NCBI GenBank assembly: GCA_018303725.1
Contig: JAGVXP010000050.1
Location: forward strand, 13,579 to 77,578
Reading direction: 5' to 3'
DNA: 64,000 nt
Origin: Candidatus Woesearchaeota archaeon
GTDB taxonomy: Archaea > Nanobdellota > Nanobdellia > Woesearchaeales > JAGVXP01
Position numbers and translations under genes: made by a program. Below are positions 9,776 to 20,130 of this stretch, in pieces. The notes beneath the pieces were generated by a model. That model worked only from the letters and a program-made list of their open reading frames with translations, was not told the origin of the DNA and did no database searches. Each line of letters starts with the position of its first letter. Position 1 is the stretch's first letter.

Positions 9776-11295
9776 CAGACCACCTTAACAGACCTTAAAA
9801 ACTCCAAATTATGTGAAAACAACTCTCTAATGTCTTTTATGCCAAGCTTGAACATAGCTAGCCTGTCAATTCCCAAGCCCCAGGCTAAAACAGGGACATT
9901 TACACCTAATGGTTTTGTCATCTCTGGCCGAAATATGCCGGCTCCTCCCAACTCAATCCATCCTAGCTCTTTTGTGTAAGCATGCAACTCACAACTTGGC
10001 TCAGTAAACGGGAAATATCCTGGTACAATTTTTATTTTCTCAGCATTAGCAAATTCCCTTGCAAACATCTTCAACAAACCAAATAAATGCCTTAGATTAA
10101 GGCCTTCCTCAACAACAATGCCCTCTATCTGGTTAAAATCGGCTGAATGTGTTGCATCAACAACATCCGGCCTGAAGCATCTCACAATAGCAAAATACTT
10201 TCCAGGTATTTTTAAATTTGGGGAAGCCAATATCCTAGCTGAACAAGCTGTCCCCTGTGTCCTTAAAATATTTCTATGTGTAAGCTTAACATCAAACTTA
10301 TACTGCCATCCTTTTGAGCCTGTGCCAAAGCCATTTTCATGTGCATGTTTGATTCTGCTAACTAATTTCTCGTCTAATTTTGAATATTTTGGCTCTTTAA
10401 TAAAATAAGCAGAGTGAATGTCCCTGGCAGAATGGAACTGTGGCATGAACAATGCATCCATATCCCAGAAATTGGTTTCAACAATTGGGCCATCAATCTC
10501 TGCAAAGCCCAGTGCCAAAAACTTCTGCCTTGCCTCATCCAAAAATCTCCTGTAATGCTGTTTTTTCCCTCCAAAAACTGGCGGAACATTTATTCTGACA
10601 TCATAAGACCTGAATTTTTGTTTTTTCCATGCGCCCGTTTTTATTAACTTGGGTGTTAATCTGTCTATAACGCTCTCTTCTCTTATTCCTGCTTTTATTA
10701 TATTTTTGCCCAATTCTGTAAGCTCGGCAATTTTTGATTTTTTAAGCTCAACTTTCACTATATTTTTTCTTTTCTTTAAATTTTCCAAAGCGAATTTCTC
10801 TTCGTCCTTCAATGTCTTGATATCCGCTGGGAATTCCCTTCTCAAAAATTGCTCTTCAAAGCTTTCTTTATCCAATAGCTTCTTTCCTTGCTCTGTTATA
10901 GAAGCAACTAATTCTCTGTCTTTTTTAATAAAAATAGCTGCTTTTCCTCTCAAAACACCCAAACAGATATTTACTTCTTCTTTGCTTATTCCGCTTTTTT
11001 CTATTAGGGCAGATATCGGCAGTTCTTTTTCTTTGACTGCTGTTAAAAACCTTCTCTCTGGCAAACCAATTTTTAGATATTCCTTGCCATTAACATCCAA
11101 ATCAACAACTTCTTTCAGCTCTTCATTAATTTTTACAATATCTTTGTTCTGCAGCCACTGGAATGCCCTCATCACTTCTACTTCCTGCAAGCCGGTTTCC
11201 TTGGCAACATCAGGCAAAGAATTAACTTTATTCAGAACTGGAAGAACCTTTCTCTCCAATGGATGCAAACCGCCAATTATCTTCTCAATTTCCAT
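9775..11295 (-). CDS. pheS: Phenylalanine-tRNA ligase alpha subunit (archaeal type)
   Basis: DALF.PQ.H.ARD, DATHSADFNQIEG, YFPFTEPS, GIFRPE, AWGLGIDRLAM motifs. Confidence 0.98.
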   Translation of the reverse strand: MEIEKIIGGLHPLERKVLPVLNKVNSLPDVAKETGLQEVEVMRAFQWLQNKDIVKINEELKEVVDLDVNGKEYLKIGLPERRFLTAVKEKELPISALIEKSGISKEEVNICLGVLRGKAAIFIKKDRELVASITEQGKKLLDKESFEEQFLRREFPADIKTLKDEEKFALENLKKRKNIVKVELKKSKIAELTELGKNIIKAGIREESVIDRLTPKLIKTGAWKKQKFRSYDVRINVPPVFGGKKQHYRRFLDEARQKFLALGFAEIDGPIVETNFWDMDALFMPQFHSARDIHSAYFIKEPKYSKLDEKLVSRIKHAHENGFGTGSKGWQYKFDVKLTHRNILRTQGTACSARILASPNLKIPGKYFAIVRCFRPDVVDATHSADFNQIEGIVVEEGLNLRHLFGLLKMFAREFANAEKIKIVPGYFPFTEPSCELHAYTKELGWIELGGAGIFRPEMTKPLGVNVPVLAWGLGIDRLAMFKLGIKDIRELFSHNLEFLRSVKVV

Positions 11296-11296
11296 T

Positions 11297-12106
11297 TTAA
11301 TATTTTCTTGGGTATGAGCCTAAAATCTTGAGGAAAAAATTCTTTTCAATTGCTTTAAATGCCTCCTGGATATTTTTATCATCCTTATGGCCCTGCATGT
11401 CAATAAAAAATATGTAGTCACCTAATTTTCCTTTTGAAGGCCTTGATTCTATCTTAGTCAGATTTATTTTCCTATTAGCAAACTCACCTAATAAACCATA
11501 CAATAAACCTGGTTTGTCAACTTGAGGATAAATTGCAATTGATGTCCTGTCGTAATTTGTTTTTTTGGCCTCTTCCCTGCCAATAACAATAAACCTTGTG
11601 ACATTGAACTTATTGTCTTGTATGTCTTTTTTTAAGATTTTCAGCTTGTATATATCTGCTGCTATTGATGGCACTATCGCTGCCTTTGCCGTGTCTTTAT
11701 TTTTGGATAAAATCTCTGCTGATGCCCCATTTGATGTTGTTTCTATTATTTTTGCATCGGGCAGGTTGTTTCTTATAAATTTTTCACATTGCGCGTATGT
11801 CTGCTCCTGTACATAAATTGATTTTATATCCTTCAAGCTGCCAAAAGAAACTAGATTGTGCTTTACAGGCAATATTTCCTCAGCCCCTATATTCAGCTCG
11901 AATTCCATTAATGCATCAAGAGTCAGACCGACTGTGCCTGAGACTGAGTTTTCTACAGGCACAATTCCTAACTCCGCCCTGCCGTTCTTCACGCTTTCAA
12001 AAACATCCCACACTGTCTTTTTGAATATAATATCAGCTCCTTTGCTGTATTTTAACGCTGCTTCATGGCTGAATGTTCCTTCCGGGCCCAATATCGCTAT
12101 TCTCAT
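11297..12106 (-). CDS. pheA: Prephenate dehydratase (PDT plus ACT, no chorismate mutase domain)
   Basis: LGPEGTFSH.AA, PVENS..GTV, N.TRF, NLTKIESRP, LGSYP motifs. Confidence 0.96.
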   Translation of the reverse strand: MRIAILGPEGTFSHEAALKYSKGADIIFKKTVWDVFESVKNGRAELGIVPVENSVSGTVGLTLDALMEFELNIGAEEILPVKHNLVSFGSLKDIKSIYVQEQTYAQCEKFIRNNLPDAKIIETTSNGASAEILSKNKDTAKAAIVPSIAADIYKLKILKKDIQDNKFNVTRFIVIGREEAKKTNYDRTSIAIYPQVDKPGLLYGLLGEFANRKINLTKIESRPSKGKLGDYIFFIDMQGHKDDKNIQEAFKAIEKNFFLKILGSYPRKY

Positions 12107-12948
12107 TTTCTCTTGCCTCTCTTAACTAATTGGTCTATCAGATAGTTAGAGTATTCCTCTGCCTCTTCTTTAAACTTTCCCAAATAAGCCCCTGCTTCTT
12201 CAAAATATCTAATAAAAGCGGTTGTGTCTTTCCTTTCAATTATTTTTAAAAGCAATTGCGCATTTTTAATGTACGCTTTAAGCGCTTTTGGAGTTTCAGG
12301 ATTCATTATTTCAATATCTGCATAAAGCCTAGGGTCCTGGTTGAGTATTCTGCCTACCATATCCATCCTTAATTTATAAATTGGAGAGGAAAAATCCTGG
12401 CTTTCCCAAATGTCTAATTTCAGCTCTTTTAATGCATGGCAGATTGATATGGAGCTAAAATGCATTATTCCCTGTATCACAGACATCATCCGGTCATGGT
12501 GCTCGGCTGTTGTTATTTTTACCTTGGCGCCATTTTTAACCAGCATATCCTTCAGCCATGGCAGCCATTTCTTTGGCCTTGCCGGGCATAAAACAACAGT
12601 TTGATTTTTGATGGAACTGACTGAAGGCCCGAAAACAGGATGCATTCCAATAACAGCAGCCTTGCTGTACTTCAACATTGCCTTAACCGGCTCTTTTTTT
12701 AATGATGTAAAATCTGCCAGCAAAGCATCTTCCCTGACATAAGGCGCTATCTGCTTTATAATTTTTACAGTTATGTCAATCGGGACACAAATTATGACAA
12801 CATCACAAAGCTTAGCGCATTCTTTTGGCTTAAGCTTGGTTTTTCTGCTGGCAATAAGCACTTCACAGTTGTTTTTCTCAAAAAATTTCTTAAACCACTG
12901 GCCAAGCTTTCCTGTTCCGCCTATAATGCCTACCTTTATTTTAGCCAT
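12103..12948 (-). CDS. tyrA: Prephenate dehydrogenase
   Basis: IIGGTGKLG Rossmann motif, D.TSLK, HPVFGP, HDRMMSVIQG. Confidence 0.95.
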   Translation of the reverse strand: MAKIKVGIIGGTGKLGQWFKKFFEKNNCEVLIASRKTKLKPKECAKLCDVVIICVPIDITVKIIKQIAPYVREDALLADFTSLKKEPVKAMLKYSKAAVIGMHPVFGPSVSSIKNQTVVLCPARPKKWLPWLKDMLVKNGAKVKITTAEHHDRMMSVIQGIMHFSSISICHALKELKLDIWESQDFSSPIYKLRMDMVGRILNQDPRLYADIEIMNPETPKALKAYIKNAQLLLKIIERKDTTAFIRYFEEAGAYLGKFKEEAEEYSNYLIDQLVKRGKRK

Positions 12949-12957
12949 TTTATTATC

Positions 12958-14109
12958 TCATTTTTTCTTTAAATCCATCCATTTCTTATCCAGTTTAGCC
13001 ATGGCATCATATGCTCTTGCCATATACAACCCATCCAATAAAGCAATTGCCATCATTGCTTCTGCAACTGCATATATTCTTGCAACTAGGGTTGGATCTC
13101 TCCTTGTTATTGGCTTTAATTTTTCCTCTTTCATTGTTTTCATATTTATTGAGATCTGCTCAAGGCTTATTGTTGGTGTTGGCTTTACAGCTAGCCTGGC
13201 TATTATATCCTCTCCGCTTGACATCCCGCCTAAAAAGCCGCCTGCATTATTAGTCTTGAATCTTACCTTGCCGCCAACCAAGTAAGGCTGGTCATTATTT
13301 TCAGAGCCTTTCATATTTGCAACTTTAAAGCCAGCTCCAAATTCAATTCCTTTGATGGCGCCAATTGAGCAAAGAGCATGGGCTATTGTAGCATTCAATT
13401 TATCAAAAACAGGCTCTCCTATTCCGGGCGGAAAATTATGAGCTATAATCTCCACAACGCCACCAGCAGTGTCTCCTTCTTCCTTAATCTCCAAAACTTT
13501 CTTTTCCATTTTCTTTGCTGCTTCAAAATCTGGGCAATTAATTTCATTCTTTCTGTAATTCTTTTTGATTTCATTAAAAGACATTTCTTTGGCTTTTATG
13601 CCCATACATTCTTTTGTATATGCAACTACCTCTATGCCTTCCCTTTCCAAAATAAACTTGGCAACTGCTCCTCCAGCTACTCTAGCAACTGTTTCCCTTC
13701 CTGAGCTTCTTCCTGCTCCGCACCAGTCCTGCGCTTCTCCATACTTCAAAAAGAAGTTGTATGCTGCATGGCCTGGCCTGAAAATATCTTTATACGCCCT
13801 GTACTGGTCAATATGGATTTTCTGTGTGTCAACATTATATATTATAATGCCTAAAGGAGCTCCTGTTGTTACCCCGTCCTGGCCAATTCCTGCAAATATT
13901 TCGCACTGGTCAGTTTCCTTTCTGGGTGAATTTAATTTTCCAACTCCCGGCTTTCTTTTATCAAGCTCTTTTTGTATGTATCCCTTAGTAATCTTCAAGC
14001 CAGGCGGAACTCCATCTACTATAACAGCTAATCCAGAGCCTTTCCCGATTCCATAGCTCTCTCCGCACGTTGTAACGCGAAATAATCTTCCAAATGAGTT
14101 GCCTAGCAT
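12958..14109 (-). CDS. aroC: Chorismate synthase
   Basis: GNSFG..FRVTT.GES, RPGHA, GRSSGRET..RV..G, NNAGG.LGG.S.G, KPTPTI motifs. Confidence 0.96.
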   Translation of the reverse strand: MLGNSFGRLFRVTTCGESYGIGKGSGLAVIVDGVPPGLKITKGYIQKELDKRKPGVGKLNSPRKETDQCEIFAGIGQDGVTTGAPLGIIIYNVDTQKIHIDQYRAYKDIFRPGHAAYNFFLKYGEAQDWCGAGRSSGRETVARVAGGAVAKFILEREGIEVVAYTKECMGIKAKEMSFNEIKKNYRKNEINCPDFEAAKKMEKKVLEIKEEGDTAGGVVEIIAHNFPPGIGEPVFDKLNATIAHALCSIGAIKGIEFGAGFKVANMKGSENNDQPYLVGGKVRFKTNNAGGFLGGMSSGEDIIARLAVKPTPTISLEQISINMKTMKEEKLKPITRRDPTLVARIYAVAEAMMAIALLDGLYMARAYDAMAKLDKKWMDLKKK

Positions 14110-14143
14110 TTTCAATCACCTTTAATTTTGGATTTTTCTTTGG

Positions 14144-14174
14144 GCAACTTTCTTTTTTTCCAAAAGAAAGTTGC
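14144..14174. repeat. 13-bp perfect inverted repeat between aroA and aroC
   Basis: GCAACTTTCTTTT (14144-14156) and AAAAGAAAGTTGC (14162-14174). Confidence 0.75.
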
Positions 14175-14226
14175 TGATTTAATCTATTTGCTTAATTTAT
14201 TTTTATTTTATAATAATTATTATATT

Positions 14227-15513
14227 TTATTTCCCCTCTATTTTCATATTAGCACCCAGGCTTTTCATTAATTCCAAATAGTTGGGGAATGTGACATTAA
14301 CTGCCTCTGCAGTTGTTATCTCTGTTTTTCCTCCGGCTATCATTCCTGCTAAGCTCAATGCCATGACAACCCTATGATCACTATGCCCTTTCACCTTCGC
14401 TCCGTTTAATTTGCTGTTGTGCACAATCAAGCCATCGTCCATCTCTCTTATGTCTGCTCCCATCCTCTCCAGCTCGTCATGCATTACCCTTATTCTGTCA
14501 GTCTCTTTAATCCTTGCCTGCTTGACATTATAAAGTTTTGTTGTTCCATTGGCAAAGCATCCGGCAATTGCCATGGCTGGCAAAGCATCCGGAGTTGCAT
14601 TTAAATCTAATTCACAGCCATTTAGCTCCCTGCCCTTTACCCTTATTCCGTCTCCCTCAGCTGAAATGTCAGCTCCCATCTTCTTCAAATAATCAACAAC
14701 AGCTTTATCACCTTGTGTGTCCTTTAAATCTAGGCCTTTTATTGAAACATCTGATTTTGTAATAACAGCAGCAACTATTGGAAATGCTGCAGAGCTCCAG
14801 TCAGCAGGTATGCTCTTTTCAAATGATTTGTATTTTTGCTTCCCTTTTATTTTGAAATTTGTTAAATCTGCGCTTTTCTCATATCTGATTCCCTGCTCAT
14901 CAAGCCATTTGAGTGTCATTCCTATATAGGGCTTTTCATGCATATTTGTAATAGTAATTTCGCTGTCATTTTCAAGCAAAGGGCATGCTATCAGCAAAGA
15001 TGAAACATATTGTGATGATATGCCATCAACCTCTGTCTTTCCGCCAGTCATCTTGCCTTTTATCTTAACAGGGCATTTACCGTTATTATTCTCTGATAAA
15101 GCCTCTGCGCCTAGATTGTTCAATGCCTTGAGCAGCGGCTGCATTGGCCTTGAGCGCAGGCTTTCATCGCCATCCAGAGTTACCTCTTCCTCGCACAAGG
15201 CAGCTACAATCCCGCTTACTAAGTTTGTTGATGTCCCTGAATTTGCCATATTCAACACATCTTTTGGTGTTGCTGGGTTTAAATTAAATCCTTCAACAAC
15301 CCACTCTTTCTCATTTTCCATATTTATTTTAGCGCCTAATGCTATGCAAGCATTAACAGCTGCCATTGTATCTTCTGATTTCAAAGGATTGGTTATTTTT
15401 GAAGTCCCTTCTGCCAATGACGCAAATATAACTGCCCTTATTGTATGGCTTTTAGAGCCCGGAATAGTAATCTCTCCTTTTAGTTCCTCGGTCTTATTAA
15501 CAATCAGTTTCAT
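14227..15513 (-). CDS. aroA: 3-phosphoshikimate 1-carboxyvinyltransferase (EPSP synthase)
   Basis: PGSKSHTIR, NSGT, RPM, SSQYVS, R.KETDR, DHRVVM motifs. Confidence 0.97.
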   Translation of the reverse strand: MKLIVNKTEELKGEITIPGSKSHTIRAVIFASLAEGTSKITNPLKSEDTMAAVNACIALGAKINMENEKEWVVEGFNLNPATPKDVLNMANSGTSTNLVSGIVAALCEEEVTLDGDESLRSRPMQPLLKALNNLGAEALSENNNGKCPVKIKGKMTGGKTEVDGISSQYVSSLLIACPLLENDSEITITNMHEKPYIGMTLKWLDEQGIRYEKSADLTNFKIKGKQKYKSFEKSIPADWSSAAFPIVAAVITKSDVSIKGLDLKDTQGDKAVVDYLKKMGADISAEGDGIRVKGRELNGCELDLNATPDALPAMAIAGCFANGTTKLYNVKQARIKETDRIRVMHDELERMGADIREMDDGLIVHNSKLNGAKVKGHSDHRVVMALSLAGMIAGGKTEITTAEAVNVTFPNYLELMKSLGANMKIEGK

Positions 15514-16943
15514 AGCGTTTCCCTCATAATAGCCCTCATAACACCTATTGGCGCTTTTCTGCCGGTAAACAGCTCAAATTGCGCAGCTGCCTGGTTGATG
15601 AACATTTCAACACCGTTAATCACTTTACATCCATTAGCTTTCGCATCCTTCAGCAATTTAGTCATAGCGGGATTGTATACAGTATCAAAAACCACCATTT
15701 CTTTTAATAATTTATTATTTTTTACCGGTGATTCATTTACACTTGGCCGCATACCAATTGATGTTGCATTAATCAGTATATTAATGTTTTTTATCCCGCC
15801 TAGTTTATCCAACGAGCCGTATTCACAACCAAGCTCTTTGGCTAATTTTTCTGCTTTGCTTATTGTCCTGTTTAAAATTATCAATTTTCCTTTTTCCTCC
15901 TTTATCCCATAAGCAATTGCCCTTGCTGCTCCTCCTGCTCCAATGATAACTGCCTTCCTGTTTTTTATATCTGTTTTTTCTTTTATAGCTTTTACTGCGC
16001 CTATGCAGTCTGTGTTATAGCCAATTAATTTTCCTTTGGCATTTACAACAGTATTGACAGCGCCAATGTCTTTTGCTGTGGGGTCTGTTTTATCAACATA
16101 TTTTATTATCTCTCTTTTGAACGGGATTGTAACACTTAAGCCGCTGACCAAATTGCTGTAGTTTTTAATGAAATTTCCTAAATGATCAGTCAAAAAATTT
16201 ACATACACACCATCTAATTTTAATTTTTCAAATGCCCTGTTATGTACCAAAAATCCCTTTGAATACTTAACAGGATTCCCAACTAATCCAAAAATTTTTA
16301 CCTTTTTCCCTTTCAGTTTATCAATCCTATAAACATCTCTTAAAACCTTAGCTTCTATCTGCCCGGGAGCAGACTCCTTCCCTTTCTTCAGGCTGCCAAA
16401 AGTCAAAAAGCTTCCAAATAAGGGAGCTAGCACCCTGCTTGGCTCTCCTTTCTCTCCCATGCACATTGCAATTATTTTTTTATCTTTGTTTTTTCTGATT
16501 AAATCAAAAATAATGATATTGTCATTTACGCATTCAGCGAAAGTTGCTATTTTTATTATATCTGGCTTTAATTTTTCTATTTTTTTTAGTTCATTACTGA
16601 TTTCTTTTTTATTGGTTTCCTTAAAATTGTTGAATGAAACTATTGCCTTCGTATTTTTTTTGTTCTTGATTATTTTTTTGATTGTTTTTTCCCCCATTGA
16701 AATATCCAAATCGACAAAACCCGCTTTTAACTCAATTGCTTTCTCAATCAGCCTTAACCTTTTTTTTCTGTCAGTAACAATTATTTTTTTCTTTTTGCTA
16801 CCTAACAGCTTCTCCAGTTTGTTTTCATTAACATCTTTAATCAAATCCAGCCTTAACTCTATCAAATCCGCTATTTTAGAGGCTTCTCTTATATCCTTTA
16901 TAGCTTCCCTCACCTTAGAAGCGGTTATTGGGACACAAATCAT
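15510..16943 (-). CDS. aroE: Fused type I 3-dehydroquinate dehydratase and shikimate dehydrogenase (AroD-AroE)
   Basis: N-half ELRLD, MGEKG..SR, SAPGQ; C-half SVTIPFK, GAVNT, NTD, GAGGAARA, NATSIG. Confidence 0.94.
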   Translation of the reverse strand: MICVPITASKVREAIKDIREASKIADLIELRLDLIKDVNENKLEKLLGSKKKKIIVTDRKKRLRLIEKAIELKAGFVDLDISMGEKTIKKIIKNKKNTKAIVSFNNFKETNKKEISNELKKIEKLKPDIIKIATFAECVNDNIIIFDLIRKNKDKKIIAMCMGEKGEPSRVLAPLFGSFLTFGSLKKGKESAPGQIEAKVLRDVYRIDKLKGKKVKIFGLVGNPVKYSKGFLVHNRAFEKLKLDGVYVNFLTDHLGNFIKNYSNLVSGLSVTIPFKREIIKYVDKTDPTAKDIGAVNTVVNAKGKLIGYNTDCIGAVKAIKEKTDIKNRKAVIIGAGGAARAIAYGIKEEKGKLIILNRTISKAEKLAKELGCEYGSLDKLGGIKNINILINATSIGMRPSVNESPVKNNKLLKEMVVFDTVYNPAMTKLLKDAKANGCKVINGVEMFINQAAAQFELFTGRKAPIGVMRAIMRETL

Positions 16944-18028
16944 TTAAATTCCTCAATTGCTTCTTTAATCGTCTTTTCAGGAACGCTAATTCCGTATTCT
17001 GCTTTTCCCAGCCTGCTCAGCAAAACAAACTCAACTTTTCCTTCAACTGCTTTTTTGTCTTTTTTTAATTCATTGATTATTTTGCCAGTAGGAATATTGG
17101 GTACTTGCGTAGGCAAGCCAATACTCTCAACTAATTTCACTATCCTAAAAGCATCTCTCTTGCTTATCATTTTTATATCAGCTGATATCTTGGCAGCAAC
17201 GCACATGCCAATAGCTATTGCCTCCCCATGTGTAAATTTTTTGTAATGGGTTAAAGTTTCAATTGCATGCCCTGCTGTATGCCCAAAATTAACAATCTTC
17301 CTCAAGCCAGCTTCTTTTTCATCCCTCTCAACAATACTGCCTTTAATCTCGCAGTTCCTCTTGATAACATCCATTAATATTTTCTCGTTCCTTGCCAAAA
17401 TTTTATTCATATTCCTCTCTAAAAACACAAATAATTTTTTATCTGCGATAGCAGCATGTTTTATAACCTCAGCCATGCCGTTAAGCAGCTCTTTCTGCGG
17501 TAATTTTTTCAATAAGCTTGCATCGATATAGACTTTCTTTGGCTGGTGAAAAGCTCCGACAATATTCTTCCCGCTGGTCAAATCAACAGCCACTTTTCCG
17601 CCTATCGAGCTGTCAACATCTGCTAAAAGTGAAGTAGGAATTTGGATATAATTAATGCCCCTCATATACGAAGCAGCAACAAAGCCAGCTATATCTCCCA
17701 CAACACCTCCTCCAAGAGCAATAATAGCAGATTTTCTGTCAATGCCCAAAGCATGGGTTTTTTCCTGCAGCTGCTCAAAAACCTTCAAATTCTTGCTCTG
17801 CTCTCCCGGCTTTAAGCTAATCAGGTCTGCCTTAAGCCCGCTATTCCTGAGATTCTGCAGCAGCTTTCTGCCAAAAAGTTTCTCTATATTACTGTCTGTT
17901 ATAATCATGTATTTATTGCCCAAAGGTTTTTTCTTTAATTCACTGGGAATTTTGTTTAATAGGTTTCTGCCTATTATGATTTCATAGCTATTGTCAACTG
18001 TTTTATTCAAATTGACTTTTACCTTCAT
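16940..18028 (-). CDS. aroB: 3-dehydroquinate synthase (bacterial type)
   Basis: [38 protein letters not shown] motifs. Confidence 0.97.
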   Translation of the reverse strand: MKVKVNLNKTVDNSYEIIIGRNLLNKIPSELKKKPLGNKYMIITDSNIEKLFGRKLLQNLRNSGLKADLISLKPGEQSKNLKVFEQLQEKTHALGIDRKSAIIALGGGVVGDIAGFVAASYMRGINYIQIPTSLLADVDSSIGGKVAVDLTSGKNIVGAFHQPKKVYIDASLLKKLPQKELLNGMAEVIKHAAIADKKLFVFLERNMNKILARNEKILMDVIKRNCEIKGSIVERDEKEAGLRKIVNFGHTAGHAIETLTHYKKFTHGEAIAIGMCVAAKISADIKMISKRDAFRIVKLVESIGLPTQVPNIPTGKIINELKKDKKAVEGKVEFVLLSRLGKAEYGISVPEKTIKEAIEEFK

Positions 18029-19038
18029 ATGCTCCTCCCAACAGCCTTTGCAATTGGCTTTAATTCTCTCATTAAATCTGCAAAATCTTTTGGCTTCAAG
18101 CTTTGGTCACCGTCTGATACTGCTTTCTCTGGATTTGGATGCACCTCAATTATCAGGCCATCTGCTCCGCAGGCAATTGCTGCCTTGCTCATTGGCGCTA
18201 CCAAATCAATTTTACCGGTTCCATGGCTCGGGTCAACAAAAACAGGTAGATGAGATAATTTTTTGATTGCAGGCACAACATTCAAGTCGAGTGTATTTCT
18301 TGAATACTCGCAAAATGTCCTTATACCTCTCTCGCATAAAATAACATTATGATTTCCTTCTGACATTATGTATTCAGCTGACATCAAAAACTCCTTTAAT
18401 GTAGCTGAAAGCCCCCTTTTAAGCAGGACCGGCTTCCTTGATTTCCCTACTTCCTTTAGCAGCTCAAAATTCTGCATATTCCTTGCTCCAACCTGCAGTA
18501 TATCGCTGTATTTTTCAACTGCTGCAACATCCCTTGTATCCATAACCTCTGTTACAATTGGCAGGCCAGTTGCTTTCTTAGCCTCAGCCAATAATTTCAG
18601 GCCTTTATCCTCCAGCCCCTGGAAGGAATATGGGCTTGTTCTTGGCTTGAATGCTCCTCCCCTTAGCAGTTTAGCTCCTGCTTGCTTCACTGCTTTTGCC
18701 GTCTCAATTATCTGTTCTCTGCTTTCAACAGCACATGGCCCAGCTATAATAATAATACTTTTGCCGCCAATTTCAACATTGCCAACTTTTATTATGGTAT
18801 CTTCTTTCTTGAATTCCCTGCTGACCAGTTTGTAGGGCTTCATTATAGGCAGCACAGACTCAACAGAAGCTATTGCTTTTATCTGGTCCTCTTTCAAAAG
18901 CCTCTCATCACCTATTGCCCCGATAACTGTCCTTTCCACGCCTCTTGAGAGATGCGGCTTTAAGCCCATTTCCTCAATTCTTTTTGCAACATGCTGGATT
19001 TCTTTTTCCGTTGCATTTTTTTTCATTACAATTATCAT
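18025..19038 (-). CDS. aroF: DAHP synthase type I-beta with N-terminal regulatory domain
   Basis: [36 protein letters not shown]; start moved to ATG 19038 (MIIVMK) behind a GGAGG SD. Confidence 0.96.
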   Translation of the reverse strand: MIIVMKKNATEKEIQHVAKRIEEMGLKPHLSRGVERTVIGAIGDERLLKEDQIKAIASVESVLPIMKPYKLVSREFKKEDTIIKVGNVEIGGKSIIIIAGPCAVESREQIIETAKAVKQAGAKLLRGGAFKPRTSPYSFQGLEDKGLKLLAEAKKATGLPIVTEVMDTRDVAAVEKYSDILQVGARNMQNFELLKEVGKSRKPVLLKRGLSATLKEFLMSAEYIMSEGNHNVILCERGIRTFCEYSRNTLDLNVVPAIKKLSHLPVFVDPSHGTGKIDLVAPMSKAAIACGADGLIIEVHPNPEKAVSDGDQSLKPKDFADLMRELKPIAKAVGRSI

Positions 19039-19077
19039 TTTTTCTTCCTCCAAAAAATTTATTTTTTGCGAGGTACA

Positions 19078-19152
19078 ACAAAATCCTTCGGATTTTGTGT
19101 ACAAGAAATGCTAATGGCATTTCTACGTACCAGAAATTGCTTTGCAATTTCT
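19078..19152. repeat. REP-like triple palindrome cassette
   Basis: ACAAAATCC-TTC-GGATTTTGT, AGAAATGC-TAATG-GCATTTCT, AGAAATTGC-TTT-GCAATTTCT; related to 31251 and 53363. Confidence 0.75.
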
Positions 19153-19154
19153 CA

Positions 19155-20126
19155 CTACCTCCCTAAAACTTTTTTAACAGCTTTAACAATATCATCAGCC
19201 AATAAGCCATATTTTTTCATCAGCTCATCAGCAGGCCCTGATTCCCCGAATGTGTCCATGACAGCAACCGGCTCTATAGGCACAGGGTTGTTTGATGATA
19301 ATAACTCTGAAATTGCTCCAAACAGCCCTCCATTAACCTGGTGCTCTTCTGCTGTTACAGCTGCCTTCGTTTTTTTCACTGATTTTATTATTTCAGCCTT
19401 GTCTAAAGGTTTTATTGTGTGGCAATTGATAACTTCTGCGTCAATGCCCTCTTTTTCCAAAATTTCAGCAGCAAGCAGTGCCTGGTAGGTCATAATCCCG
19501 CAAGCAATAATTGTTATGTCTTTCCCTTCCCTGAATATTTGGGCTTTGCCTATTTTAAACGGTGTTTTTTCAGTTGTAAACATAGGCACTTTTGCCCTGC
19601 TTACCCTGATATAAACCGGGCCATTGGTTTTTGCTGCCTCTATTGTTGCTTTTGTAGCTTCAAGTGAGTCTGCTGGTACAATCACAATCATATTAGGTAT
19701 GCATCTTGTTGTTGCAATATCCTCCAATGCCTGGTGTGTTGCTCCATCTTCTCCTGTTGTTATTCCTGCATGTGACCCCAGGATTTTTACATTTGCATTT
19801 GAATATGCAATTGAAACCCTTATCTGCTCCCAGTTTCTTCCTGGATTGAATGCTGAAAATGAGCATGCAAATGGGATTTTCCCGGTGAATGCCAGGCCAG
19901 CTGCAACACCAGCCATGTTCTGCTCTGAAACCCCGCATTCAATGAACCTGTCAGGAAACTCTTTTTTAAACCATTCAACCCTTGTTGAATCGGCAAGATC
20001 TGCTGTTAATGCTACAACGTTTTTGTTTGTTTTTCCTAATTTTAATAAGCCTTTTCCAAAGCCGTCTCTTGATGCCTCTTTGTCAGCTTTTTTCAGCTCT
20101 TTTGCTAAAGTTGGATTTATTTTCAT
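19155..20126 (-). CDS. Transketolase C-terminal subunit
   Basis: ADL..S, G.SEQN, GEDGATHQ.LED, EEH...GGL, DTFGESG motifs. Confidence 0.95.
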   Translation of the reverse strand: MKINPTLAKELKKADKEASRDGFGKGLLKLGKTNKNVVALTADLADSTRVEWFKKEFPDRFIECGVSEQNMAGVAAGLAFTGKIPFACSFSAFNPGRNWEQIRVSIAYSNANVKILGSHAGITTGEDGATHQALEDIATTRCIPNMIVIVPADSLEATKATIEAAKTNGPVYIRVSRAKVPMFTTEKTPFKIGKAQIFREGKDITIIACGIMTYQALLAAEILEKEGIDAEVINCHTIKPLDKAEIIKSVKKTKAAVTAEEHQVNGGLFGAISELLSSNNPVPIEPVAVMDTFGESGPADELMKKYGLLADDIVKAVKKVLGR

Positions 20127-20130
20127 TTTT

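Noticed and set aside
10649-11317. Long antisense ORFs opposite pheS, trmB, mcm and others
   Set aside because: They are shadow frames of Lys/Glu-rich sense genes, giving Phe/Ser/Leu-rich products with no motifs.
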